64,000 nucleotides of DNA from Glaucostegus cemiculus (GCA_976551045.1 CDPCPM010000026.1:2232001-2296000), one strand, 5' to 3'; positions 38,521 through 51,884 are shown, counted from the first letter of the stretch. The notes: generated by a model from the sequence alone, not told the origin. Made by a program: numbers and translations.

Positions 38521-40619
38521 ATGAGAAAATATGAAATATGAGAAATAAGACTTTGACTCTCTCATTAGCCTGATATACACAGATACAAACCCTGTGGAGT
38601 TAGTGGGGTCAGAATTCCATTGCTTAAATCCTTCATTTAAAAAAAAATGGTAACAGGCCCTTTCAGCCCAACGAGTCCGCGCCGCCCATTCTAAACCCCC
38701 AAATTAACCTACCCGTACGTCTTTGCTGGCAATACTACTATATAAATCATCAGACCTTGTTCTATGAAGCTAACAAATTATTATTCGAAACAATACAAAT
38801 GGTTACTTAAGAATTAAAACACTGTGGCCCATAAATCAGTGATGTGAAATGCAGTGAAACACTTACACTGTACCTTGAAATGAACAGTGTACCTTGAAAT
38901 GATCCTGGAAAATAACTTACAACTACATCCTTCCTTCCAGGATATGCCACCTCATCACTATCACTGCCAAATTCATACAACACTGCCAAAAGGTAAGTTA
39001 ATTATGCTGTGAATGCTACCTTAGAAAATAATACCTGGGACTGAATTAAGCACTAGAATTAAATCTGATTCATATACTTGCTTATGTTTTATAGGATCTG
39101 AAGAACTTTTAAATACATCCTGTGAATTGCTCTCAGGTACCTTGTACTTCATTTAATTGCATAAGGGGTATTAAATTTCTACTTGATTTCATGATTACTT
39201 AAAAGAATTACCCCTATCTCTTTCAATAGTTACAGACAGTTGGCATTCATATTTTGCATTATTAATTAATATAAACATATTGCTTAAGTCATTTGACACA
39301 TTGAATCAATATATAGACAAGACATATAAAAATCATTGCAACCCATATTCGATAATACTGCAGTTGTCATTTATCATATTTTATTCAGGCATTTATCCAA
39401 TTCTCTTGAATTTGTAATTTATAACAAGTTATCTATTTGCACTTGAAATTATATACACTTTCCTGTTTTAGCAATAATGCAGCAGAATATTAAAGTAGAA
39501 AATATACCACTCAGTCAATTTACACTGTCCCAATCCTGTGGATCTCCCAGATAAGTCCATTCATGCATTCATGACAAGCCTCTGGCCTGGACTGTGTGAC
39601 ACATGAAACTTGGTGAATGACACATGCAGCTTAGTCCTTAAAAATTTGCAGTGAATTCTTAATAAGACTGTTATTTTTTGGTGGTGTAGCAATACGAGAA
39701 AATGCTGCACCAATGAATAAGTCATCACAAGTTTCTGCGGTAGAAATTTGGATTTATACTAGTGGCAACAGAAGAAGACAGCTTGCATTGTGGATATAAT
39801 ACATCCTCAATGGCAGAGATAATGGCAGAACAGTGTGAATTTTACCTCAACACATGGAACAACTGAGAGCAAATGCAGAAAAAAGTCTGAGAAAGACTTC
39901 CAAAGTAAGTCCAGTCATTAGGTATCAAGTAGATGACAAGTAATACAGGGCATTAGTGGCTATCTTCCACCCAGTTGCAGTCTGAAACTGCAGGTTAAAC
40001 ACACATTAAACAATTCTTTGCAAGCATCAGAAGCTTCCCTGCAGTGTACAAATATATTGTTATTTCTGCAATTTAAAACAGAACCATTCTCTGTGACGGT
40101 GACCTAAAAGGTAAATGTACTGCTTAACCAATCCAATTGATATATCTTCTTTGATCACATAAAACAGGGAGAGTTGTTAGCTTTTCAACTCTTTCAGTAT
40201 TATATCCCTGTAAAACAATACTGCATACAAGAACAGCAGGTACATAAGAGTCTGAGGAAAACCCTGCAATTTTAGGGCCTTAACACTAAATGAATGGACA
40301 GGCTATACTTAATCCTGGCAATGTGAGAAAACATGGTGGGAGTACAAAAGTGATACCAGTAAATTCCTTTTTTTATTTATTCACACTCAGTTATGTACTC
40401 CTACATTGCAGAAAAGCATTGCATCATAAACTATTAGCTTTGAAAGCTTTATTAATCTTTGACTTATTCAACAGCTTCAAGGAACGCCCTTTGTTTTTAT
40501 GTAGCATTGAGTGTGCTTTGTGCTGTAGAGCAGAGTAGGCCACCAGCCAAAGTTAAACGTTGAATCAAATGACAGCTTAGCAGTATTTGATCTCTATTTG
40601 CACACTCAGTGGCTCTCCA

Positions 40620-41570
40620 ATGACCTGTTTAGAAAAAAAAGTGCCCTAGTTTTTATAGTGGCTTTCATGTTCTTGGGATATTCTCACAGCCGATGAATTG
40701 CTTAGGAATGCTGTGTTGACGAACTTGACGGGTAGTTTGTGTACAGGAGGCCCTTGCAACTGCAATGAAATAAATAACTAGCTTTGCTATTTTTTGGGGG
40801 TAATATATGTCCAATTCACTGGAGGACTCTCCCACTTCTTAGCCATTCCCTTGTGTTTGAAGATGATTTGGTTCCAAGCAAGTTCTGTGGGTTATAAATT
40901 GACTGATAAGGTAATTGTGGAAACTATTAATGGAGCAGGAGATGCTTGACAGGATGAGTCAGTACCATGGGAGATGGCAGGTTCATTCCATTATTATCAC
41001 ATTTGCTCAAGGTGACCTTGAGAACATCCTTGAAGCATTTTCTCCACCTTAAAAGCTCTTGCCTTGACAGAATTCAGAGTAGGGTGCCTGTTTTGAAAGT
41101 CTGGTGTACAAAAATGACGTGATCCACCTACTGCAATTAACCGTGTAATTAGATTGTTGATGGTGGGGTGTTGGCCTCAGAGATGATGCTTATGTTGGTT
41201 TGCTTGTCTTTCCAATGGATTTACAGAATTTTGCATAGACAGCATGGGTAACACTCCTCCAGCGCTCTGAGGTGCCTTGTGTAGCTAGTATGTCTCTGAA
41301 GTGGGGGTTATGCTGCTGGGCATTCCACAAGTTTAGTGCTGAGGTTGAGTCTTGATCTCTGAACACTGTTCCTCAAATGACCAAAGCCGCATCCCTATGG
41401 GAAGGCAAATGCAACTTTGATTTAATGTTCTAACTGAAATGTGATGCTCCAACAATTCATTGCTCCTCGATTATGCACTAAATTGACAGTTTAAATTATG
41501 TGTTCTGGTCCTACAGTGGGGCTTGAATTTATAATCTATTGACTAAGTAGTGAGATTATTATCACTGAAT
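40620..41570 (-). mobile_element. DeuSINE-like SINE split by an RTE fragment (40850-41400)
   Basis: The flanks resemble the Deu domain and tRNA-like head. The interior encodes RHLRALEE.YPCCLCKIL.IHWKDKQTN, typical of RTE. Confidence 0.55.
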
Positions 41571-42779
41571 TAAGAGTTATTTGTTTAGTGTTATAAGTTA
41601 TCTAGCTTCTGTGGTAAACACTGGTACCTCATGGAGGCTTTAGGTTCTTTTCCACAATGGTGCCAAGGTTTGGAGTGCACCACAGCCACAGGCTGTGTTA
41701 TCTCAGAGACCCCATTGCCATTGGTTAACTCTATAGAGACCTTGTCCAGTTTGAAAACACAGCCCACAGCTGATGTAGCAGATCAAAACCATGCAAGAAG
41801 CACTAGGATAATTAACTATTTGACCATTCAGGTAGAGAGAGACTTGGGTAAGTCATGGATAAATGTAAAATATCAACTTGGGAATAGTTTTGGAATAGTT
41901 ATAGTTAATGTTGGCTAGGCCTGAGATAACTGCTGAGTAGCTTGTGTATGCATTACTGAAGTTGACAATGGATTTGATTAATGTTTCTGTGAATGTGAGA
42001 AGAGTTATGGATGGAAGGAGACCATATTACAGAAATAAGCAGGAACTATTACAGTATGCCTAGGAGGTGGGATTTTAGAATCTGGATCACTCAACGCGAA
42101 ATTACTGTTCAGAAAAAAAGTCAAAGCACTACTCGCATGTTAAAATATAAAGACTTTCCATTTAAATATTCCCAGGAATGCATAACAAAACTGTCTAGGG
42201 TTCTTGGCTGAATGTTGCTTTACCTTGAGGGCAGCTTCCCTCATCTTTCGGGTATTTAGATCTTGAATCTAGGCTGTAGTGAGGTCTTGATTTGAATGTT
42301 TCTGACAGCACTTGAAATGAGAATCACTGAATAGTTCATCAACAAGCAGGTGTTGCTTGTTTGTACTATTGATGAGTCCTTTCATTATGTTGTTAACTAT
42401 TACAACATAAACTAGATTAAACTTATCCCATATTTGGTAGTGAGGACATATTTCTAAATTCTCTGAATTGTCAATTGTTATTATTTTCCTTTTCTGAAGA
42501 TCTGACCTTGTGTCCTGCTTGGTGGTATTATATAACATTGGAAAAGATTAAATCAGAACATGTAATATAAAACTTATATGTCAGCAATTCATAGTCTATC
42601 TGGAGGTATGTTCTTAAAGCCTATCCTGTAAATAAAGTAGAACAATGCTCATCATTTTACTGATTTTCTTTGGTATTACCTGAGAGTATTCATTCCATAC
42701 TTGAAAAAAATGGTAACTTTTGGTGATCATTTCATTCTACCCACTTAAAATTACTGCTGCATTTTTTTAAAGAACATTA

Positions 42780-43720
42780 AAACAAGAATATAAGAAGCAG
42801 GAGTAGGCTATTTGATCTCTTGAGCTACCATTGAGATCATGGGTATTCCAGTTTTGGCCTCAACGTCACTTTGCCATGCTTTCCCAATAACACTTAATCC
42901 CCTAGATGTAAGACATCTGTCAGCCTCTGCGTTGTTGATAATCAATCACCCCTCCTGCCTACCTCTCTGTGGTTGAGGACTCCAAACAGTCACAACCTCC
43001 CAAGAGAAGAAATTCATTGTCATCTACATCTTACCTGGGCAATCCCTTATTCTGACACTATGTCCACTAGTTCTAGATACCCCAATAAAGGAAACATCCA
43101 CCCTGTCAATCCCTCTGAGAATCTTATTTGCTCAATAAGGTCACCTGTCATTCTTCTAAAATCTTATGAAGCCCAATGAGTAAAGACACAAGGTCCTCAA
43201 CCCCTCTTCATATATCATTCAGTGAACCTTCTCCACACTGCCTCCTTAAATATGAAGACTGAAACTGTCCACAAAGCTCCAGGTGCGATCTCACCAGCAC
43301 CCTGTAAAATTGCATCAAAATTTCCCTAATCTTATATTACACACCTCCTGCAATAAAGGCCAACACTTAATGATCATTCCCAATCACTTGTGGTACCCGC
43401 ATGCCATGGCACCTGCAGATTCTTTTGTCATACAACATTTTGTAGTTTTACTTCATTTAAACAGAAACTTGCTTTTTTCTTAATCCTTCCTTCCCAAAGT
43501 GGATAATTTTACAATTTCGCAAATCATATTCCATCTGCCAACATTTTCCTATCTGTATTCCTTTGCAGGCACTTTGGTTTTCCAATCATCTGGGACTTTT
43601 CCAGAATCTAGGGAATATTGGTGGATTACACCCAACACATCTACTATCTCTGCAGCAATTTCTTTTAAGACCCAAGAATTCAGACTAACAGGTTTACCAT
43701 TATTATTTCCCCTCTAAAGT
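42780..43720 (-). mobile_element. Old CR1 LINE fragments
   Basis: aagaatataagaagcaggagtaggc 3' end, and ctgtccacaaagctccaggtgcgatctcaccag (LVR.HLE motif on the minus strand). Confidence 0.7.
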
Positions 43721-43924
43721 AATTCTTCCAGTGCCCTGAGGAAGTGAAGAGTACATTATAGTGCAAATTTACATCATACTTTATATTACAATGGTGAATA
43801 CTTTAAGAAGAGTACTTTATTGGCTATAACGTGCTTTTGGAACAAATAGACTTTCAGGATACAGAGGCGTGAATGCAAGTTCTTTCAGTTCCATAAACTT
43901 TGTTTAAGCTCTTTTGACTGACAG

Positions 43925-44160
43925 CATTGGTATCCTGTGTGCTCTCATTTCCCCCTAATTCCCAAAGAAGTGCTGGTTGGTTAATTACTGTAAATTACTC
44001 TAGCGAAGGTGTTTGGCAGGAGAATCAGGTGGGGGTTAAAGAGCACATGAAAGAGAATTGGTTACAACGAAAGTGGAGAAATGGGACGATTGGGAATGCT
44101 CTAAAAGCCAACATAGATTCAGTGGGACAAATGGCCTCCTTCTATGTTGTAAGACAGTAT
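43925..44160 (+). mobile_element. V-SINE 3' half
   Basis: Similar to 38300-38520: cccaaaga..gctggttggttaatt..gtaaatt... aatggcctccttct. Confidence 0.5.
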
Positions 44161-45169
44161 AAAATATATTAAAAATATAAGTCAACTCAATTTTTTTAAC
44201 CTTGTGTATAATTTGATAAATGATCTGTCAACAAAATGGAAATGAAAGCGAGGTTTCTATTTGGTAAACAGTCAATTTTACAATGGTCTCAAAATTCTAT
44301 TGTGTAACACAATATTTTAGTTGCAATTTTCCTTATGGATCCTCCCTGCATATTACATGTTCAGGCAACCAATGGTGTGCATGGTTGGAAGCCACATCCA
44401 CAATTTTCATTGATGCATGCATGCATTCACGCAGAAGAACTTAACAAGACATGCGAGGCCTGCCATGGCAGAATTAAAAGGGGAGCTGCCCGAACTGGCC
44501 ACAGCCCAAGGGGTCAAGCATTGGGAAATGGCTTCAGGTAGCTGCATTTTAAGTAAAAAGCTCACCACATGTCCCCAGAGTCCCACAACTCCTTCTCCTG
44601 CTCACAATCCCCCAACTCCCCACTCCCAACCCCCAACAGCAACTGTTGCAACTGTGAATTTCCCCTGGAGCTGATTCCACTTCCTAAAACCCTTTGTCCT
44701 TGAGATCCCAATCACCTCCAACCTGCGCTGCTATCCCTATTTGATAGACAGAAATGAGCCTTTCTTCCTTATGGCCCTGTGACTTCGGACTTCCACCCAC
44801 CTACTTTCCTGACTTTGCAACGGCAGACATTTCAACATGCTAAAATTGCAAGCTCTGCTCTTTTAGGCACAATACCTTGGGCCTCATGTGAAATAGCATT
44901 TTGCAGTGGCAGGCTGTTGACAGAATCATCTTCTCGACCACTGCCAAGTAAGACGCCAAATAACTTCTGGGCCCACATCCTTTCAGGAAAAAATAGTAAA
45001 ACGAATTGGTGACTAACAACTACTATTAATTTGCATGTTTGGAATATACTAAATGGTGAAAATGAATTTTCCCATTACTGCACCAAACAGGATTCTAACG
45101 AGGTTTGAAAGTGGGCATACTAAGTCATGACAAGATAAAGTTGCTCCTGCTGGAAACCTGAAACAAAAA

Positions 45170-46435
45170 TAGAAATTGCTTGGGGTAATGAGCCTAATAG
45201 ACTTTTCTGAGGAAGTGACAAGGCAAATTGATGAAGGTAGTGCGGCGGACTTGGTATATATAAATTTTAGCAAGGCGTTTGACAAGGTTCCCCATTGTAG
45301 GTTCATCCAGAAAGTCTTGAGGTATGGGATCCATGGAAAATTGGCTGTGTGGATTTGAAACTGCCTTGTCCACAGAAGGCAGAGGGTGGTTGTAGAGGGA
45401 GAGTATTCGACCTTGAGGTCAGTGACTTGTGGTGTTCTGCAGTGATCTGTTCTGGGACCCCTGCTCTTTGTGATTTTTATAAATGACTTGAATGAAGAAG
45501 TGGAAGAATGGGTTGGTAAGTCTGCAGATGACACAAAGGTTTGTGGTGTAGTAGATAGTGAAAAAGGTTGTCGTAGGTTGCAATGGGATTTAGACAGGAT
45601 GCAGAACTGGGGTGGAGAAGTCGCAATCTGGAGAATTGTGAAATGATACACTTTGGAAGAATGAACTTGAAGGCAGAGTACATGGTTAATGACAGGATTC
45701 TTAGCAGTGTGGAGGAACAGAGAGATCTTGGGATCCAAGTACATAGATCCCTCAAAGTTGCTGCACAAGTGGATAGGGCAGTTAAGAAGGCATATGGTGT
45801 GCTGGCCTTCATTAGCCAGGGGATTGAGTTCAAGGGCTGAGAGGTAATGTCGCATCTCTGTAAGACTCTGATTAGACCACACTTGGAATATTGTGTTCAA
45901 TTCTGGTTGCCGCATTAGAGGAAGGATGTGGAAGCTTTGGAGATGGTACAGAGGAGATTTACAAGGATGCTTCCTGGATTGGAGAGCACGTCTTATGAGG
46001 AGAGGTTGAGTGAGTTAGGGCTTTTCTCTTTGGAGCAACAGAGGATGAGAGGCGATTTGATAGCGGTATATAAGATATGAGAGGCATAGATGGAGTGGAC
46101 AGCCAGCATCTTTTCCCTAGGGTGGTAATGGCCAATACTAAAGGTCACCTGTTTAAGGTGCATGGAGGAAAGTTCAGGGGCGATGTCAGAGGTAGGGTTT
46201 TTTTACGCAGAGAGTGGTGGGTGCCTGGAATGCACTGCAAGGGGCGGTGGTAGGGGCTGATATGATAGGGTCATTTAAGAGGCTATAAGATAGGCACATG
46301 GATGAAAGAAAAATAGAGAGTTATGGGAGGTGAAGTAGAGAGGAGAATAGATTGAATTTGGATAAGATTTATATGGGTTGGCACAACACTGTGGGCTGAA
46401 GGGCCTGTACTGTGATGTACTCTTCTATGTTCCAC
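45170..46435 (+). mobile_element. CR1 LINE, RT domain to 3' end
   Basis: DFSEEVT..IDEG.A.DLVY.NFSKAFDKVPH, SVLGPLLFVIFINDL, KSADDTK, QRDLGIQVHRSLKV and a ctatgttc 3' end. In-frame stops are present. Confidence 0.93.
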
Positions 46436-48144
46436 TGTTCTGATTATGTCAGGCTGCATCAAATGAAGGATCATTGATCTGAAACATTTACTCTGTTTCA
46501 GACATTCTGCCTGACCTGATGACTTCCAACACTTCCTATTTTTATCTTATTAATGGCAGTTATCATATCCATTAGGTGTTTTATGTTCCCTCTGTAACTT
46601 TGGTTTGGATTTTCAATAAGTTTGTCAATTGATTTCTCACATTATCATCACTGTTGTCAAATCCTATGAACATACAACTGTGTATCAATCTTGAATCAGA
46701 ATCAAACAATGAAGTATGGTTTGTCTCATTAAATAAATCGTTCTTGCAATCATCGCCTATTAAGTAATGTTATTTACTTTTCTGAAATAGAAACACTATA
46801 AATTAACAAATCTAAATATTAATTATCAACTTTATGTGAAAATAACATTTAGACAGTAGTCAGTATGACAAAAGAGAACCACCTCCATAGTTCCCTGTCT
46901 CCTGGTGAAAATGACAATATTCCCAAGTTTTACCAAGTCAATCTTGAGCTGGCAACCAGATGATTAGTTCTCCTCTTGATTCCTGCTCTTTGCCTATGGA
47001 ATAATACCTTAACTTGACGGCATTACTGACACAGAACAGTTTCCATAAGGGGCAACTGGAGTTGAGTGCCTTCATCTTGTAACTAAATAACAATGTCCTG
47101 GAACATTATAATAATGTTTCTTAAATGCAATTATATACTTACATGGTGATATATACAGCTACTTTTGTAGATGAATGTTTTTGCTTGTCCTGGCACCACG
47201 CTCCAAAGGTAGCAAACATCAACCAAACAAAATAGTTTAAGTAGAGAGAAATATCCCATAACATGATTAAAACTTTATTCAAGCCAAGAGAACACGGCAA
47301 CATATGTGTGCTTAAAAATGGAGCAAGAAACATAAAACATAAATGCATAAAAGTTTCCTGGGGTAAGTATGCAAGTGAGCTGTTCCTCTTCAAGCTCCAC
47401 CCATCACAAAATTTGACAGGGCACTTCCAGTTGCAATCCACACTAACATAACTGACATTTTCTGGCATCAGAGGTTCAGCTGCTAACATCTTTTGTACAG
47501 TGCCCAGTTCTGGACAGAAACTGAAATTTAAGCATGTGAGCCATGGCCCATTTTTCTCACTCACAATAAAATAAGGAACAAGCAGAACTGAAGTCAGCAA
47601 AGAAATACAAATTAAAGGCAATCAATATATGACCACTGTTCTGCCAGATTCAGTTTTCTGTGCTGTATTTTGTCCACAGGCATCACAGAAAATATTTGCA
47701 ACATTCTTATATAGATTACACCAGTGCACGATATGTGATCATCTTGATGAGCTTGTACCTCATAATATATTGAGGGTTGCTCAGCCCAGGCCATCATGGG
47801 AGAGCACCCTGTTTCTCTCCCCACCACTGCATCCTTTTATGTCAGTGCACCATGAAAGCCATGGAAACTTCTTTCTTTGACTTGCTGCCATGAAATAAAC
47901 ACAGTCATGCTACTGCAGCTATGAACCTGGCAGTCAAGAATAATGTAGGTGAAGTTTTTGTACATGGTTCAGGAGAAAATCCAGCCTACCAATTTCTGAA
48001 TTTGCTTTATTCCCACTAATTTTCTGATTTTTTTTTTGTGGGTTATCTGATCAGATGCCACTGGCGTACTTGGATTAATACAACAAAAAATATAAACTTC
48101 AACATTCAGACATATGTCCTGTCAATAATGAGTAATCCAAGGCT

Positions 48145-48280
48145 ATAATATTTAAGAGACTCTTAGACACAAGATAGAGACATGGGGAACTATGTGGGAG
48201 GGGAGGGTTATAGATCTTTGAGCAGCATAAAATGTCGGCACAACATTGTGGGCTTAAGGGCTGTGCTGTAATGTTCTATA
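48145..48280 (+). mobile_element. CR1 3' terminal fragment
   Basis: tttaagagactcttagac...ggcacaacattgtgggcttaagggctgtgctgtaatgttcta, matching the 46270-46430 tail. Confidence 0.75.
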
Positions 48281-48399
48281 ATAGTTTGCCAACGTGGAGG
48301 AAATGTTTGGAATATCACCATCAAACAGATGTAAACCAACTTAAGTACGCAACTACTTAAGTAAGGCATCAGAGTCTTTATTTGTTTGGGATGTAAAAT

Positions 48400-49020
48400 A
48401 ACCAAGGGCCGAAGGGCAGTATTTCTAACAAGCCGGTGCTGCGCCCCGATAGCACCACCGGGAAGCACCAGACTCAGGTCCCCCTTTCCCGCCTCTTCAC
48501 CACGTGCTGGGTTATCGGCGGAAGTGACGCTGGGGCGGGTGGCAGTTGGGCGGTTGGTGTCGTGGTGATGGCCGTGGAGCCTCGGTAGGTGCTTTCTTTT
48601 TCTCCAAAGTAAAGCCGATTAAGGTCGCCCTTGGGTTTGAGCTGGGGGATGTTGCGACGGCCGAGTCCCGCCCGGCTCGACGCCTGTTAGGCGGCGGAGC
48701 CACCCGGCCTGGCGCCCGTTGGGGGGAAATGGGTGGTTTTCCATCCTGGATGGGAAGCTGATGGAAGACGGGCTGCAGGACGAGGCCTCGTTAATGCACG
48801 TTGGCACAGTCTTCATCAGCATTACGTCTTACCTGCAACGCCTTTTGAATTGGAAGTGGTGTAGCTTCCCTGAACCCACCCCACCCCACCATGTTGGAGT
48901 CACCTTTCTCAAAACCCACCGTCCCGCAAGTTGAGCCCCACGTTGAGGAGAACGGTGCCCGAGGCCGGTGCAACAGCATCGTGCACGGTTCTACCAATCC
49001 TGGGAACTCCCAATGTTTGC
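48400..49020. promoter_or_regulatory. CpG-island-like, TATA-less promoter
   Basis: The only strongly CpG-rich segment in the window. Contains TTTCCCGC (E2F-like, 48485-48492), CACGTG (E-box, 48501-48506), CGGAAGTGACG (ETS-CRE composite, 48519-48529) and GC boxes at 48532-48539 and 48548-48553. Confidence 0.85.
48530..48584 (+). other. Putative first exon of an unidentified + strand gene (start coordinate approximate)
   Basis: Lies just downstream of the ETS-CRE and GC boxes and ends at the donor TCG|gtaggt. Contains an ATG at 48568 (MAVEP). Confidence 0.5.
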
Positions 49021-49542
49021 AGGGCCTGCGTGCACTGCACTTCAGTTTAAGTTCAGTTTTACGTCAGAATGTAAATCTAGGCATTTGGTCTGAAATTGGT
49101 GCAGTGCTCAGACTCAGAACGTATTTTATAATTGATAGAAACAAAGAGGAGAGATAATACTTAAAATTCTGAGTATAGCAATTTTCCTGTCGTGGTTGGT
49201 GTTACTTCCAAGATTCCTAGCATACCAACAAAGTTCCGAAACACTTCCTGACAGCTCTACCTAAAGTATTTGGAAAGGTCTGGGGACAGACCACTAATTG
49301 GCTTTCTCTTAAATAAAGGAACGTGCAAAAGGGGAAAATATAAAAAATAGTGGTGAATAGGCTGTCATGGGTGGGAGATGGCAGAGTGTTGAATTTTGGC
49401 ATTGGCTATTAATGGAATGTAGATATTGGGAACTTGCACTGCAACCAACGTTATGATGTGTAGAAAATTTAATTAGGTGTTTACTGACTTTAGACCAGGT
49501 TACGAAGGAAGCATTACAATTACGTGATCTTTAATTACTTAG

Positions 49543-49597
49543 AATTCTGCATACATTGAAATGGAAAATGTTGCTCAAGTGTAAAATAGATATCAAG
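49543..49597 (+). other. Putative second exon of the downstream + strand gene
   Basis: Acceptor ttacttag| and strong donor AAG|gtgagt. In frame with the 48568 ATG (MAVEPRILHTLKWKMLLKCKIDIK), but no protein is recognised, so it may be UTR. Confidence 0.35.
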
Positions 49598-51884
49598 GTG
49601 AGTTTGTAAAATGAAACATTATACAGACATCAAGTACAGTAAAAGTAGTGTATGTGGGTCCAGCATTGGGATTCAAAGGTTGTTAACTGGATATTGCTGA
49701 CATAATCCCCAACTCATGCAGAATATTAGTTGATCCAAATTCCGGTGTATTGTATTCTAGTTTAGAATACAAGCACATAATGTAGTTTTTCAAGTGATGT
49801 CACATGGCTATAGTAGGCTGTATTTCCATTGATTTAACAAGATTTTGAGGGGATTTAAAATGGTCTGTTTTTACCTATTCATTATGCTGACATGTTGTGA
49901 GAAACATTTCAAAATACAGTATTATAAAAGTTTGCTTTCACATTTCCAGTATGGTTTTCATCTTAACTAAATTGAAATTTGGTTACTAAATAAATAAAAT
50001 ATTGAATGGACACAATCAGTATTGAATAAACAAAATATTGAATGGATGCTATCTCTATTCTTGTATGTAACAAAGGAGGTGTAAAGAAATTTAAGGGAGA
50101 TGAAGCATTATTGCATACCCAATGAATCACCAATCTAAGGCAAAACCAGGTGATCTTTGAAGTAATTTACATGTGAATACCCTGTAATTTTAATCATATT
50201 CTGTAAGTACTTTTCCCCTTCTGTTGTAATTTATTCAGCACCAAGTGAACATTGAAATGTATAGATATTGTTTAACAAAATGTAGGGTTTCTGTAATTAA
50301 AAGCTTGGACAATGAAAATTAATCACAACTATAGTGCCCAAACCTATCCAAAGTGAGCTGGGTTTTAATTCTGTAAAACATCTCAGAACCCCATTTTGTT
50401 TGGTAACCAGTTGATGTATTTACAGCAAAATTTAAAATAGGATGAAACATAGAAGGTTGTTTCCTTTGTAGTTCTGAAAAGGGGCAACGTAGGAAGAGGA
50501 ATGTGATGAGGTTCTGAACTGTTTTGTGTTGCTAACCTGATATTCTGAGAATAGCTCACAACGGCAAAGATGCATTGAATGTATTACAAGGGTTTGAAAG
50601 GAATAAATACTTTAGCTGACTGCTTTATGACATCATCTGAACATCCTGCATAATACAATGGTTTGTAATTCAGATCTTATCCTGTATCCAATGTCATGGA
50701 TCATCTTGTATATAAGATTACAAGATAATTGCTGATCAGGAGGTAATTCAGCCAAAATTAATATATCCATCTAGCAGCAAACCACAGTCCCTTCATTGCA
50801 GAATCCAATTGTTGTTGAAAGTATTCCATGATTTTGTCACTGTTACTCTATGTGGAATTTTATTTGATCATTGTTCAAATGAAGAATCTTTTTCAGTTTA
50901 TCACACATGTGTTTTGACACATGGCAGCTGAAGAGTTGATAGAAAAAAATTGACAGTGGGAACTAAGGAGTTGTTGGATACCAAATCCAAGATGCATCTT
51001 GTTTGCCTCTTACCTTCCTGGTGCTTTCACGATAGTGATATTGATCAGTTTTTGTTATCTAGCTTCACCCAGACTCAGAAATAACACACAAAAATCTGGT
51101 GGTGAATTGGAAGAAGAAACATAAACATCACCTGCTTCCAACCATGCATAAGGTATCTCAGTGAATCAATTTTCTATCTCCATATGCCCAAGAGAATCTG
51201 TTTTATTGATTAACTCCTTGTAAATTGAAATAGTCTTCCACTTTGAATTTACTCTGCCAGTGTTCTGTGTCTGTCAAAGTCCATAGCAGAGTGCATGTGA
51301 GATCAATAAATGGCAGAGTGGACAAGTTTGTTAGCCATTTATTGATCTCACATGTTGGTTGAAGGATGTCTTCTGTGATGGTGTGAACTTCAGGTAGCCA
51401 AGAAGGATCCTCTGCAGCTATTGAAACATAATTTATTATTTTTGTGCTACAGATTTTAAATAAAAACAATTGCTGTAACTTCATTAACAATTTTCCAATA
51501 CATATGATTAACCTAATCATATGATCTAAAGATTTACCACCTTGCATGTGTAATTTCTTATCTTAGCCCTAAGTAGCCTAGCCCTTCCTTCGAGATACTA
51601 ATCCCTTGTTCTAGGTATTAGTTTCCTGCTCTTTATGTTCATTTTCTAAGAACTGGTTTTCTATCTCTGTTTCCACTGCACCCCCCCCCCCCATCTCATT
51701 GCCACTGCCACTCCCAGTCTGCATGAAATAAAGAATTATGTCCTTTCATTCACTACAGCTGGGTGTATGCTTCTTTGAACCATTATTGAACTTGTAAAAA
51801 GTCAACCATAACCACCCCACTAAAAATGACCTCAGAAGCTTTAACACTCCTCTACCTCAGGTTTGAGAAACAGTCTCTATTATC

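Larger units (their letters stand above)
28978..47926 (-). pseudogene. Possible decayed multi-exon gene or spliced lncRNA on the minus strand (speculative)
   Basis: Several non-TE blocks are bounded by minus-strand AG acceptors and GT donors, with protein-like frames broken by stops (see findings). Confidence 0.25.

Noticed and set aside
38865-38902. 19-bp tandem duplication (tgtaccttgaaatga core)
   Set aside because: A simple local duplication with no sign of function.
45049-45915. 288-aa minus-strand ORF
   Set aside because: Antisense to the CR1 RT; long antisense frames are a common CR1 artefact.
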